Shown here: positions 20,483-30,750 of the stretch, one piece after another | Position numbering within the stretch: position 1 is the stretch's first letter | How the letters are laid out: each line of letters starts with the position of its first letter | Assembly (NCBI GenBank): GCA_963733035.1 | Contig: CAVTBU010000007.1 | Span: 224,001 to 288,000, forward strand | DNA from: Pirellulales bacterium | Lineage (GTDB): Bacteria > Planctomycetota > Planctomycetia > Pirellulales > PALSA-1355 | Direction of reading: 5' to 3' | DNA length: 64,000 nucleotides | Notes under the pieces: model-generated | Databases searched by the model: none | Seen by the model: the letters and a program-made list of their open reading frames with translations, nothing else | What the model was told of the DNA's origin: nothing | Position numbers and translations under genes: made by a program

Positions 20483-21266
20483 CTACTGTCCTGTCACGGC
20501 TCCGGCAACGGGCGAAACGGCCGGTTGGCCGGCCAGCGAAGGGAGGGTTTCGATTTGCAGCAGCACCTGCCGGCTTTCGGCCAGGTGTTTTTCGGCGCTC
20601 GCCGCCGCCGCCGCGATCACCGCCGCAAAATCTTCCGATGCTTGCCCCGCGAAGACGTTCAGCATGGCCAGCATCTGCAACTGGTTCAGCAGGTCCGCGC
20701 AGGAAGTGACGATCGAACTGTTCGCCCGACTGGTTGGCGAGTTGCTTGTTGATCGCGGCGGTGTATTGTTGCAGGATCTCGACGCGAATCCGCACGATCA
20801 TGGCCGTTGCATTGCGACTGAGCGCCAGCGGCCGGAACCGTGCGATGCGCGGTTTCTCGACTTTTGCATCGCGCTCGATTTCGTCGACGGCTTGCTCGAT
20901 GGCTTCGCAGCAACGGCCTCCCGTCAGTGTTTCCAGCGTCTTTAAAAAATCTCGCTGGGTTTCCAGCCGTTCGGTCAGGAGCCGCTTGAGGGCTTCGCTT
21001 TGAATCGACGGCAAAGCCGCTTCCCCGGACGCGATCTGCCCCCAGGTATCGACGGCCAGGCTGAGCGCCAGCTTCTGGTCGACAACGTTCAGGTGCACGT
21101 CGTTGAGCGACGCCGGTTCAAACGGCCGAGCGTCGGTCGTGGTTGGGGGCGGCTCCAGTGGTCCTCGCAGCTGTTCGGTCGCGTCGATCGTTTGCGCCAC
21201 ACAGAGACTGAACGGAAGAAATGCCGTCATGCCAAGCGCAGCGCGGATGGTGGGGAGACAGCGCAT
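20483..21266 (-). CDS. Secreted helical hypothetical protein, DUF4142-like (apparent frameshift at ~20697)
   Basis: Signal-peptide-like N-terminus; SGEQFDRHFL continues in another frame as DLLNQLQMLAML...AEKHLAESRQV, resembling DUF4142. Confidence 0.55.
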
Positions 21267-21635
21267 GGGAAAGTGCCTCCAATCGAATGTTCCGTAGAGA
21301 TGATCTTGCGTCACCTGACTCCGGGGCGGGATGCCGCGGAGAGTAGATGCACATTAAGTGCCAACGTCACGCATTCTTCGAGATGTGCCTGTTTGCGTGA
21401 ACGTACGGCCTACTTCAAGTGTACACGATTTGACGCCGAAAACGTTGCAGCGGTCACACAATTTGCCAAACCAGTCCGTGACGGATTTCACAATCTGGTC
21501 GAACCGTTCGGTAGCTGGTGCTAGAACATCCCGCCCGTTTCCTTGCGAATCAAATGACACAGAACCTAATCGCTATGTCAACCGGAACAGCAGGCGAGCC
21601 TGCACGGAAGGATTTGCCCGACTGCGGCAGCCAAG

Positions 21636-22337
21636 TCACAGGTGGCTGCACTTGGCGCGAAATCGCCGGCTGGCGCCGCTCTTAATTGGCTTGCCGTGAC
21701 CAAACACCGCGACGGCAAACTCCTCCCGAGCGAGCCTGGCGAGACTTTGGCGGCCGTGGGCCAGGTCTTCATAGGCGGGGCTCATTGCGAGACCAAGAAA
21801 GTTCGCGCAGCTGTCGGCGGCAAAAAGCACGCCCCCGTGATGGGGCCAGTGCCAGGCGAATTGTCCCGCACAATGGCCAGGGACATGAATCGCTCGCAAT
21901 CCGCCTGTGCGGGCGAGTGTCTCCCCGTTTGCCACCTCATGCTCGACTTCCGCCGGTTCGATGGCGGTTCGGGCTTGGCGCATGATCATGCGGTAGACCA
22001 GGCCATTGAGCAGTCCCGGACCGGCCACAAGGGGGCGGAGCGAAACTCCTTTGCGCGTCAGTTCGGCATCCAGGGAGTGCATGTAGGTGGTTGCCCCGGT
22101 GAGCCGTTTCAATTCGGCCAGACTGCCGGCATGATCCTCGTGGCAGTGCGTGAGCACGATGTGGCTAATGTCGCCCGGCGAGCGGCCGAGGGCGCCGAGT
22201 GCGCTGCAAATCGCCGGAGCACTTCCGGGATAGCCGGTGTCGACGAGGATCAAACTGTCGCCGGTTTCGAGCAGGTGGGCGTTCACCTGGCCGAGTGTCA
22301 GTTCATACAGACCGGGGACAACGGGCTTCAGTTTCAT
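21636..22337 (-). CDS. MBL-fold metallo-hydrolase
   Basis: LVDTG, THCHEDHAG, PGHC, AADS, FGHG. Confidence 0.92.
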   Translation of the reverse strand: MKLKPVVPGLYELTLGQVNAHLLETGDSLILVDTGYPGSAPAICSALGALGRSPGDISHIVLTHCHEDHAGSLAELKRLTGATTYMHSLDAELTRKGVSLRPLVAGPGLLNGLVYRMIMRQARTAIEPAEVEHEVANGETLARTGGLRAIHVPGHCAGQFAWHWPHHGGVLFAADSCANFLGLAMSPAYEDLAHGRQSLARLAREEFAVAVFGHGKPIKSGASRRFRAKCSHL

Positions 22338-22506
22338 GGCGACCAGCCACGTTTGAGACAAGGGAGCAAGTACGCGGGGCGGAATTATACCGTGTGGTTT
22401 CGCCCGCTTGCGAGCAGATCATTCTCATCGTTGAAGGCGGCCCGCCGGGGTGGAGTCCGCGTTTGAGGACCTGGGGCCAACCGCCGGCGGCTGATAATAT
22501 GGTGAC

Positions 22507-24325
22507 ATGGCAACTTCGCACTACGAATTTGATGTCCTGGTGATCGGCGCGGGGCACGCTGGCACCGAGGCGGCCCTGGCCTCCGCGCGGATGGGTGCGC
22601 GCACGGCGTTGCTAACGACCAATTGCGATACCGTGGGACAGATGAGTTGCAACCCGGCCATTGGCGGCGTGGCCAAGGGGCACATCGTGCGTGAGATCGA
22701 CGCCCTCGGCGGCGCGATGGGCCGCGCGATTGACGCCACGGGCATTCAGTTCCGCATGCTCAATCGCCGCAAGGGTCCGGCCATGCACAGCCCTCGCGCA
22801 AGCCGACAAGAAAGCATATCAATTCGAGATCAAGCGAATTGTCGAGGAGCAGCCAGATCTCTCACTGCGGCAAGAAACCGTCGAGGACATTCTTACCGGA
22901 GTGATCGACGGCAAGGCGCGCGTCACGGGAGTTCGGGTTCGCGGCGATGCGATCTATCGGGCCCCGTCAGTGATCCTGACGACCGGCACGTTTCTGCAGG
23001 CCCTAATGCATACGGGCGAAGCCACCACACCCGGCGGCCGTGCCGGAGAGGGCACCACCGCGGGTATCAGCGGAGCGCTAAAGCGATTGGGATTTCGGTT
23101 AGCCCGCTTCAAGACCGGTACGCCGCCGCGCCTGAATGGCCGCACGATCGACTACGACAAAACCGAGTTGCAGCCTGGCGACGACGAACCCAGGCCGTTT
23201 TCCTTTCTCACCGAAGCCATCACCACCGAACAGATTCCCTGCTGGATCACCTATACCAACGAAGCCGCGCATACGCTGATTCGCAAGAATTTGCACCGAG
23301 CTCCGATGTACAGCGGACAAATCCAATCCAGCGGGCCGCGCTACTGCCCATCGATTGAAGACAAGGTAGTGCGGTTTGCGGACAAGGATCGGCATCAATT
23401 GTTCCTTGAACCCGAGGGACGCAACACGCGCGAAGTGTATGTGAACGGTATCTCGACCAGCTTGCCCCGCGACGTGCAAGACGCCGTGATTCGCCTCGTG
23501 CCCGGGCTGGAACGGGCAGAGGTCATGCGCTATGGCTACGCCGTGGAGTATGACTATGCTCCGCCCGAACAATTGCGTCCGTCGCTGGAAACCAAGTTGG
23601 TTTCCGGGCTGTACTTCGCCGGACAAATTAACGGCACGACCGGTTACGAAGAAGCAGGCGCCCAGGGCCTGATGGCCGGCATCAACGCGGCCCTTGCGGG
23701 GCGTGGGGACGAACCGCTGGTGCTCAACCGCGATCAAGCCTACATCGGCGTGCTCATTGACGACTTGGTGACGCGTGGCGTGGATGAGCCGTATCGGATG
23801 TTCACTAGTCGGGCCGAACATCGCTTGCTGCTACGGCACGACAATGCTGATCGGCGGCTGACGCCCTTGGCACACCAGATTGGTCTGGCCGATGCCGAGC
23901 GTTATCGGCGACTCGAGCAGAAATGCGAACAGATCCAACGCGCGGTGGAACTGCTCGAAACTCGATTTCATGACGGTACGAACCTTGTCAAACGGCTCAA
24001 ACGGCCGGAAATCGGGTGGCATGAGTTGGTGGCCTGCGCGGCGGAACTGGGGTCATTTAGTGGCGAGGTGGCTGAGCAAGTAACGTTCGATGTGAAATAT
24101 GCCGGCTACATCGCCCGTGGACGAGCCGAGATCGCGCGTCAGCAAAAGCTGGCCGACCGTCGGATTCCCGATTCGTTCGATTTCACGACGATCCGTCATC
24201 TGAGAGCTGAAGCGAGAGAGAAGCTCACCCGTGTGCGGCCGTCAAACTTAGCCCAGGCGAGCCGTATTAGCGGCATCACGCCGGCCGATATGGCGCTGCT
24301 GGCCGTGTATCTGGAAGGCCGCTGA
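22507..24325 (+). CDS. mnmG: tRNA uridine-5-carboxymethylaminomethyl modification enzyme MnmG/GidA (apparent frameshift at ~22798)
   Basis: [57 protein letters not shown] across two frames. Confidence 0.97.
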
Positions 24326-24631
24326 TCAATCCGCCTTTTCGCCTGTGGAGCGTTTATGGCGGACGTTCGCTGAAACCTGTTGCGTGAACATCTGGTCACT
24401 ACGGTTTCGCCTGTGACGAGACAGTTCTGGTCGCGTGGCTGGTGCCCGGCTTCTTGTACGGCCTTAAGTTGTAAGAACGCTAGGTGTTACGCGACCAAGG
24501 CAAGTCGGGAGACTAAAGGGGCAATCGTGCTTTAGGTGACTTGCAAAGGGAGGGTCAAAGGTTTTTGACGAGAAACCGATGTGTTTTCGTAAGTCATTGT
24601 TTTCAAAGTAATTGCGACGCAAACATCGATA

Positions 24632-24659
24632 TTGACTCGGCCTTCACTGGGGCTATAAT
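24632..24659 (+). promoter_or_regulatory. Putative sigma70 promoter upstream of the response regulator
   Basis: TTGACT (24632-24637), 16 bp, TATAAT (24654-24659) in an AT-rich intergenic region. Confidence 0.55.
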
Positions 24660-24893
24660 AGGGCCCGATGGCAAATTCGGTAATTTTGGCAGGAACCGTA
24701 CAAACGCACTGCTGACTTAAGAGTAACCGACTGGTCAAACATTAGGGACGCAGCAAGCTAAAAGGCTAGGTTCCGTCTAGCGTGACATGGAGGACTAGGA
24801 GCTTCCGGTGGTTTCTTTTTGTCAAGACACCATTTCGGGAGTCCCGCTTAGACTAGCCTTACCATCGGCTAGGGAGAGGGGTGGTTAGCAACT

Positions 24894-25475
24894 ATGAAAA
24901 CTGTGTTCACCACAGGCGAAGCCGCGAAGATCTGCAAAGTCAGCCAACAGACCATCATTCGCTGCTTCGATTCCGGTCAGTTGAAAGGATTCCGTGTTCC
25001 CGGCAGTCGATTCCGCCGTATTCCGCGCGAACAGCTCTATGCGTTCATGCGGGACAACGGCATTCCGACGGACGCCTTGGAAAGTGGCAAGCGAAAGGTG
25101 CTGATCGTCGACGACGACCAGGAATTGGTCGAGCTGATCGTCGACGTGCTCGAGAAGGACGGTCGCTTCGAAATCCGCTCGGTCAACAACGGCTTTGACG
25201 CCGGCATGATGGTCAAGGAATATCACCCCGACCTGATCGTGCTCGACGTCATGCTGCCGGACATTAACGGCAAGGAAGTCTGCCAGCGCGTCCGTAGCGA
25301 CAAGACGATGGACGACGTGCGGATAATCTGCATCTCGGGTATGGTCGAGGAAGACAAGATCGAAGATCTGAAGGCTTCCGGAGCCAATGACTTTTTGCAC
25401 AAGCCGTTCGAAGTGGAAACGTTGATCGAGCGGATGTGCAACTTGCTCGATATCGAGACGGTCACGTCGCGCTAG
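24894..25475 (+). CDS. Response regulator with N-terminal excisionase-like HTH
   Basis: FTTGEAAKICKVSQQTIIR HTH; receiver domain VLIVDDD, LDVMLPDING, KPF. Confidence 0.92.
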   Translation: MKTVFTTGEAAKICKVSQQTIIRCFDSGQLKGFRVPGSRFRRIPREQLYAFMRDNGIPTDALESGKRKVLIVDDDQELVELIVDVLEKDGRFEIRSVNNGFDAGMMVKEYHPDLIVLDVMLPDINGKEVCQRVRSDKTMDDVRIICISGMVEEDKIEDLKASGANDFLHKPFEVETLIERMCNLLDIETVTSR

Positions 25476-25610
25476 ACAGAGTCCGGGTTGCGGTTGGTTC
25501 GGATGCGGCCGAAAGTCAGCGGTGGCGAATTGCGTGGGACCTGTCGGCGCGGCGGTCATGCCGCGTAGGGCCGAAGCAATTCGCCAGCGTCGGAATCACG
25601 AGCGCGCACC

Positions 25611-27043
25611 ATGCAAACGCTTCCTAGTCTGGTTACGCCACACGGCGAATTTCGTTTGCCGTTGGCGGATGCCACGGCGGAGCGATTGGCCGACGCACTC
25701 CTGTGCACCGAAGCTGTTCGGCGGCGCGAGCTATTTCGTGCCGCCGTGGCAGGCGATCCGGCGCTTGCGGTTTGGGCTCTGGTCCAAGCGCAGCAGCAGG
25801 GTGACATTGATTTGACGACTTGCGAGTCGCTGGCTGGCTGGCTGGAATCGCGGCCGGCGGAATTCTTTTTGCCCAACGACAGTGGCTCAAGTGAGGAATC
25901 CGCGTTTGCCGAATTCGCTGAACCGGCCGGGTGCTCGCTGGCGGTTGCTGAATTAGCCGAACTGTTTGCTCGGCACGTGGGGGCAGACTACCAGCATGCG
26001 TATTGCCTGGGTCTGGTGCATCTTGGCTCTGCCTGGTTGGCGGAGTCGGTCGTTGGCGACGAACCGCCTCGGCGGACCGGCGCGGCATTGCCGCCGTGGC
26101 TAATGACCGCGGTCGAGCAATTGTTGCTTCCGACCACCGACCCTTTGTCGGTCAACCACTGCGTGGTGCAGGCAAAAGATCTCGTCTGTTCGGAAGTGAT
26201 CGACGAGTGGCGAGCGATGGGCTGTGACGCGCGCACGTGGATTGGCCGTTGGGCCGTGCTTGGCGAAGCCTGGGGTCGTAGCGGCAATTGGGGGCGGCGT
26301 CTAGTTGCGATCATCCAAAAGCTAACAACGCTTGAACGCCTGCAAGCCGACTTCCTTCGCGCTCTGGAAACGGCCAAACTTGAGGCCATGAAGGAACTCG
26401 CGTACGGCGCCGGGCACGAAATTAACAACCCGCTGGCGAACATTTCGGCCCGGCGCAAACGCTCCTGCAGGATGAAACCGACCTGGAACGCCGACGCACA
26501 TTGGCCGCGATCAACACGCAAGCCTTCCGTGCCCACGAGATGATTGCCGACATGATGTTGTTCGCTCGGCCGCCGCAGCCGCAGCCCGAGCTGTGCGACG
26601 TCGCATCGATCCTGCGCCAACTAGCTGACGAGTTGGCGTCGCAGGCCGCGGATCAGCAGGCAAGTTTTGAGCTGATCTTGCCGGTCGAGGCGGTTTCCGT
26701 CCTCGCCGATCCCACGCAGATTGCCGTGGCGGTCCGTTCGCTCCTGGTTAATTCCCTGGAGGCCATGGTTACCGGCGGCCGCGTTGAAATCGCGCTGCGC
26801 GAGTCAAGTCCGGAAGATCCGTGGGTCCGGATCAGCGTGAGCGACACGGGGCCGGGAATCTCGCTTGACGAAAGACCAAAAATCTTCGATCCATTCTACT
26901 CGGGTCGCGAAGCGGGCCGCGGCCTGGGGTTGGGGCTGTCGAAGTGCTGGCGCATCGTGACCATGCACGGCGGGCGGATCGATGTGGCCGACCGACAAGC
27001 GGGCCCCGGCGTGCAATTTACGATTTCGCTCCCCGCAAACTAA
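25611..27043 (+). CDS. HDOD-like domain sensor histidine kinase (apparent frameshift at ~26453)
   Basis: DPALAVWAL and AYCLGLVH (HDOD-like); H-box GHEINNPL; NSLEA, DTGPGI, FDPFYS, GLGLGLS in the downstream frame. Confidence 0.85.
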
Positions 27044-27248
27044 CCGCCAATTCGCCATGTTGCCAAATCGCAACACGACCCCGGCGCGAAATAGTTGACG
27101 AGTCGGCGGGCGAAACGTTATCAATAATTCCGGCAGCAACAATTGCACCGATGGCGGTGAGAGTCAGGTTGCCGCGCACTCACGAGGAGCTACGTTTGTT
27201 GTGTCGAAGTATCGACGTGGAGTCTACCCGCACCTTGGAGTTTGCACT

Positions 27249-27579
27249 ATGAGATTCGCCGCCGTCTTTGCCCTGCTTGGGTGTCTGGCCTGGGTTGCTC
27301 CCGCCAAGGCCCAGGAAGTCATCACCTATTACGCTCCAAGCGTTCCGGTGACCACCTATTACGCCCCGAGCGTTGCGACGCCGGTCACCACGTATTACGC
27401 CCCGAGCGTCCCGGTGACGACCTACTACGCTCCGGCCGTCGCCACGCCGGTAACCACCTATTACGCTCCGAGCGTACCGGTCACGACGTACTACTCGCCC
27501 TCGGTGGCCTACTACCCGTCGTACTACTACGTGCCGCCGCGCGTCGCGCCGTTGGTATCGCGCTGGGTATTGGTGGTAG
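27249..27579 (+). CDS. Small secreted Tyr/Pro/Thr-rich repeat protein 1 (VTTYYAP repeats)
   Basis: Signal peptide ending APAKA-Q; six TYY(A/S)P units. End at 27579 (RWYRAGYWW*) assumes a frameshift at ~27548; otherwise the frame runs to 27662. Confidence 0.7.
27323..27500 (+). repeat. Coding tandem repeat with alternating 30/36-bp units
   Basis: Units encode VTTYYAPSVP and VTTYYAP(S/A)VATP with synonymous codon variation. Confidence 0.85.
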
Positions 27580-27906
27580 GCGAGCCCGATCGGTTCCGCG
27601 TCGGACGTCGCTTGAATCAAATACGTCGCAGGAATGCTGCCCACGGAGAATGCCTCGCCTGAATTGCACGGGCGCGGTGTTCTCCGTATCTTTTTTCTTT
27701 CGCCGCGCGGCCGCGGCGCTGGCAGCGGTTGATTTGTCGCCTCACGCGGTGGAAGTTTGCGCGGCCCGGGCGTTTTGCATCCGCCCGGGCAAACGCTAGC
27801 AGCACGTATTTCAGCCGTTGGCACGCTGCTTACGCCTAGAAAATAGATCGCAAACTTGTATTGGCCCGCGCCACGGCTAGGATGGGGTTAGAAGGAGACC
27901 CATACC

Positions 27907-28215
27907 ATGCGAAGCTGTTTTGCCCTGTTGTTCACGTTCGGACTGATGGCCGTGGCCGCTCCGGCACACGCTCAAAGGATCGTGACTTACTACGCCCCTG
28001 TGGTTGCCGCGCCAGTGACGACCTACTACGCTCCGGTCGTCTCGCCACCGGTGACCACGTACTACGCACCCGCGCCGGTGACTACGTACTACGCTCCAGC
28101 TGCGACTACCGTGGTTGCGACGCCCGTCGTGGCAGCCCGGCCAGTGATCATTCGCCCCAAGGTCTACATCCCGGGTCAACCGGTTCGTAACGTCCTGCGG
28201 GCGATCACGCCGTAG
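27907..28215 (+). CDS. Small secreted Tyr/Pro/Thr-rich repeat protein 2 (VTTYYAP repeats)
   Basis: AGGAG RBS; signal peptide ending APAHA-Q; four TYYAP units; C-terminal VYIPGQPVRNVLRAITP. Confidence 0.8.
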   Translation: MRSCFALLFTFGLMAVAAPAHAQRIVTYYAPVVAAPVTTYYAPVVSPPVTTYYAPAPVTTYYAPAATTVVATPVVAARPVIIRPKVYIPGQPVRNVLRAITP

Positions 28216-28245
28216 CCGGCGGCCAGAAACACATTCAAACTCCTT

Positions 28246-28281
28246 CGCCGTGGCGCTATTCAAGCGGCTGCGGCGTTTTTT
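28246..28281 (+). terminator. Rho-independent terminator
   Basis: CGCCGTGGCGCT-attca-AGCGGCTGCGGCG hairpin followed by TTTTTT. Confidence 0.7.
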
Positions 28282-28376
28282 GTTGCGCGACGCAGGACCA
28301 GGTTGGCTAGGATGAATTGGGGACGGAGAAACGGTTTTGACTTCCGGCTACGAGACTCGTTTCACAGGTCGTATCC

Positions 28377-29648
28377 ATGCCGTACTCCTCATCGTGCCGA
28401 ACGATCGTGCTGTCGCTATTGCTCGGCGGTGCGGTACTGGGACCCGTCAAAGTCACAACCGCGGACGAGGTCTCCGCCGAAGCGAAACTCGCCGTCTTGA
28501 AGCTGGCTGGAGAACCGTTGTCGATTAAGGACTTGGCGCCGAAGCCAATCTCGCCGGACGGAAACGCCGCAACATTTCTGGCGCAAGCCGCTGCTGACTT
28601 GCAGGCCGTTGAGCAGACAGTGGGCACTGCCATCGATGCCCTGGGGTTCGAGGACCAGAGCGAGTTTGCCTTTCAGGCCCGAACGACGGAACAAGTCCAA
28701 CGCGTGTTGCGCGAGGCTTTTGCAGAACACCGACAAACAATTTCGCTATTGGTTAAGGCTGCACATTGCCGCGGTTATGCCCCACAGCTCAACTACGATC
28801 AACCAGTAGACATATTCACGCCACAATACCTCGACACGATGCAGGACGTACGGCGGCCAATTCGGGTCCTTAACTACCACGTGACCATGCTGCTCAACGA
28901 CGGCCAGGGGGAAGAAGCCCTGGAATCCTGTTTGACCATGTTTCGACTCTGCCGCCACTTCGACTCGCGGCCGCTAGTGATCGGTTTCTTGGTCAATCAG
29001 GCCGTTCGCGGCGTCGCCATACACGCGTCAGCCGTTGCCCTGCAGTCGGGCCTGCTACCAGAGGGGGCTCGCGAGGCTTTCGAAGCCGAGTTGGCGCGAC
29101 ATGACGTCGAGGGTGCATTTCGACATGCCTTATCCAACGAGCGAGCTTGGGGCATCGATCTTTTTAAGCAACGGATGCAGGGTAACGCATTGCCGCTACT
29201 CGACGTCGCCGTAACGCCCGACGACCTCCGCGACTATCTGGAGGTGATCGAGCAGTTGGATAAGTTAGCCAGTCAGCCATACGACAAGATCCACGCCTGG
29301 CCGGCGGCACGTCCACTCGCGTTCGCCCAGGACGCACTGCCAGGACTACGGGCGGCGGCGGAAATCAAGACGGAAACCGTCGCCCTGCTGCGGTGCTTGC
29401 GCGTGCTGAACGAACTGACGCACACGTTTCCTGGCGGCGTCAAACAGAACCCGACGGGCCAGCTGGAACTGCCGGAAGATTCGTTCGTCGATCCGTACAA
29501 TGATCACGCGCTGCGGTTTCGCTACACTGCCGGAGGTTGGCTGATTTACAGCGTCGGTTCCAACGGGCAGGACGACGGCGGAAAGATTGACTCGCGGATC
29601 GATGGAGCTCGACTGGACGTCGGGCTTGGCCCTCGCGAGACCAAGTAA
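28377..29648 (+). CDS. Exported hypothetical protein, paralog 1 of 5 (pseudopilin/GspG-like C-terminus)
   Basis: AGEPLSIKDL, NAATFL, ERAWG, RCLRVLN, DPYN, WLIYSVGSNGQDDGG shared with paralogs. Confidence 0.85.
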   Translation: MPYSSSCRTIVLSLLLGGAVLGPVKVTTADEVSAEAKLAVLKLAGEPLSIKDLAPKPISPDGNAATFLAQAAADLQAVEQTVGTAIDALGFEDQSEFAFQARTTEQVQRVLREAFAEHRQTISLLVKAAHCRGYAPQLNYDQPVDIFTPQYLDTMQDVRRPIRVLNYHVTMLLNDGQGEEALESCLTMFRLCRHFDSRPLVIGFLVNQAVRGVAIHASAVALQSGLLPEGAREAFEAELARHDVEGAFRHALSNERAWGIDLFKQRMQGNALPLLDVAVTPDDLRDYLEVIEQLDKLASQPYDKIHAWPAARPLAFAQDALPGLRAAAEIKTETVALLRCLRVLNELTHTFPGGVKQNPTGQLELPEDSFVDPYNDHALRFRYTAGGWLIYSVGSNGQDDGGKIDSRIDGARLDVGLGPRETK

Positions 29649-29761
29649 CGCCGTCCAGTGCTTTATCTTAGGTTTCACAATGTGAGATTCTTTGGATCGT
29701 TGCCAATAAATCCAGGCTCCGCGGCGGTCTTATCTAAAAACGCGACGCAGGTACTCGGGCG

Positions 29762-30286
29762 ATGGGCGAATTGGCCGACCGGTTGGCACGGGGAGAACCG
29801 GCGGCATTTGCCGAGTTGTACGACGCCTGCGCCGATCGACTGCACTATTTTCTGGTGATGCACTTGGGCTCGCCGGCCGATGCCGAGGACGTGGTTCAGG
29901 AGACCTTCGCCCGGCTGGCTCGCTCGCGTAAGAAGCTTCGCCGCGTGGACAACCTGACAGCCTACGCGTTCGCGGTGGCGCGGCATGAAGCGGCGCGATT
30001 GAAAACAAGACAAGCCCGGCAGCGAAGAAACCTGGACGTACATTCGCGTCCTGTCGAATACGACGATGAACAAGCGGCAATCGAAGCGGCCGACGCGGTG
30101 CGTGCGGCGCTCAAACGTTTGCCGATCGAACAGCGGGAGATCGTGGAACTAAAGACCTTTGGCGGTTTGACGATTCGCGAAATCGCGGAGACAACCGCCA
30201 TCCCCCAAGGCACGGTCGCCACCCGTTATCGCTCGGCGCTGGTCCGGCTCCGCGAGTGGCTCGCCCGCACCCAGTATCACGAATAA
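29762..30286 (+). CDS. ECF RNA polymerase sigma factor
   Basis: AFAELYD, DAEDVVQETF, ALKRLPIEQREIVEL, EIAETTAIPQGTVATR. Confidence 0.93.
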   Translation: MGELADRLARGEPAAFAELYDACADRLHYFLVMHLGSPADAEDVVQETFARLARSRKKLRRVDNLTAYAFAVARHEAARLKTRQARQRRNLDVHSRPVEYDDEQAAIEAADAVRAALKRLPIEQREIVELKTFGGLTIREIAETTAIPQGTVATRYRSALVRLREWLARTQYHE

Positions 30287-30314
30287 ACACTCGTTCCCCG
30301 AACATGACTTTCAG

Positions 30315-30340
30315 CCCCCGGCTTTGCCGGGGGGTTCTTT
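30315..30340. repeat. GC-rich hairpin between ECF sigma and the downstream gene
   Basis: CCCCCGGC-ttt-GCCGGGGG followed by GTTCTTT. Confidence 0.55.
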
Positions 30341-30352
30341 GCGAACGAAACC

Positions 30353-30745
30353 ATGCACGACGACCTTCCCGCACCCTTCGACAAGTTGCCGCCGCACACG
30401 GCTCCGTCCGAGTTGCGGGGCCGCGTGCTCGGCGTCATCAACACTGAACTGAATCGCCGCGCGAAGCCTCGCTGGGAGCGGGCGTTCGAACGTAGCGTAG
30501 CAGCTTTGCTGGTGATCGGCGTAGGTCTTAACGCTGGTAACTACTATTTTTCGACTGACGTACTTCCGTCGCCCGCTGACGAGTCGCGGTCGGTGGTCCG
30601 CAGTCGAGAATTGGGTGACCTGCAAATCGCTGAGGCCGTGAGCAAGCGGATGGCACTCTTCCGGCAGTCCAACCGGCGGTCGGCGGACTTGCATGCGGAT
30701 ATTGAGAAACTTATTGCAGAGCTCGAAGCTCGTCCTGCAGGGTAA
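30353..30745 (+). CDS. Putative single-pass membrane anti-sigma factor
   Basis: Directly after the ECF sigma; APSELRGRVL then hydrophobic SVAALLVIGVGLNA; function inferred from position and topology. Confidence 0.6.
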   Translation: MHDDLPAPFDKLPPHTAPSELRGRVLGVINTELNRRAKPRWERAFERSVAALLVIGVGLNAGNYYFSTDVLPSPADESRSVVRSRELGDLQIAEAVSKRMALFRQSNRRSADLHADIEKLIAELEARPAG

Positions 30746-30750
30746 CAAAG

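Noticed and set aside
21270..21635. Lower-GC intergenic stretch as an ncRNA or small gene
   Set aside because: No convincing structure, RNA family motif or credible ORF found by eye
24735..24785. GGGACGCAGCAAGC resembling the c-di-GMP-I riboswitch core
   Set aside because: Only a partial match; no convincing GGCAAA/GAAA stem arrangement could be built by eye. An Infernal search would decide
24894..25080. Excisionase indicating a prophage or integrative element
   Set aside because: The HTH is fused to a receiver domain; no integrase, att site or phage genes nearby
27323..28100. Short periodic repeats as a CRISPR array
   Set aside because: Units are in-frame coding repeats with synonymous variation, with no unique spacers and no cas genes
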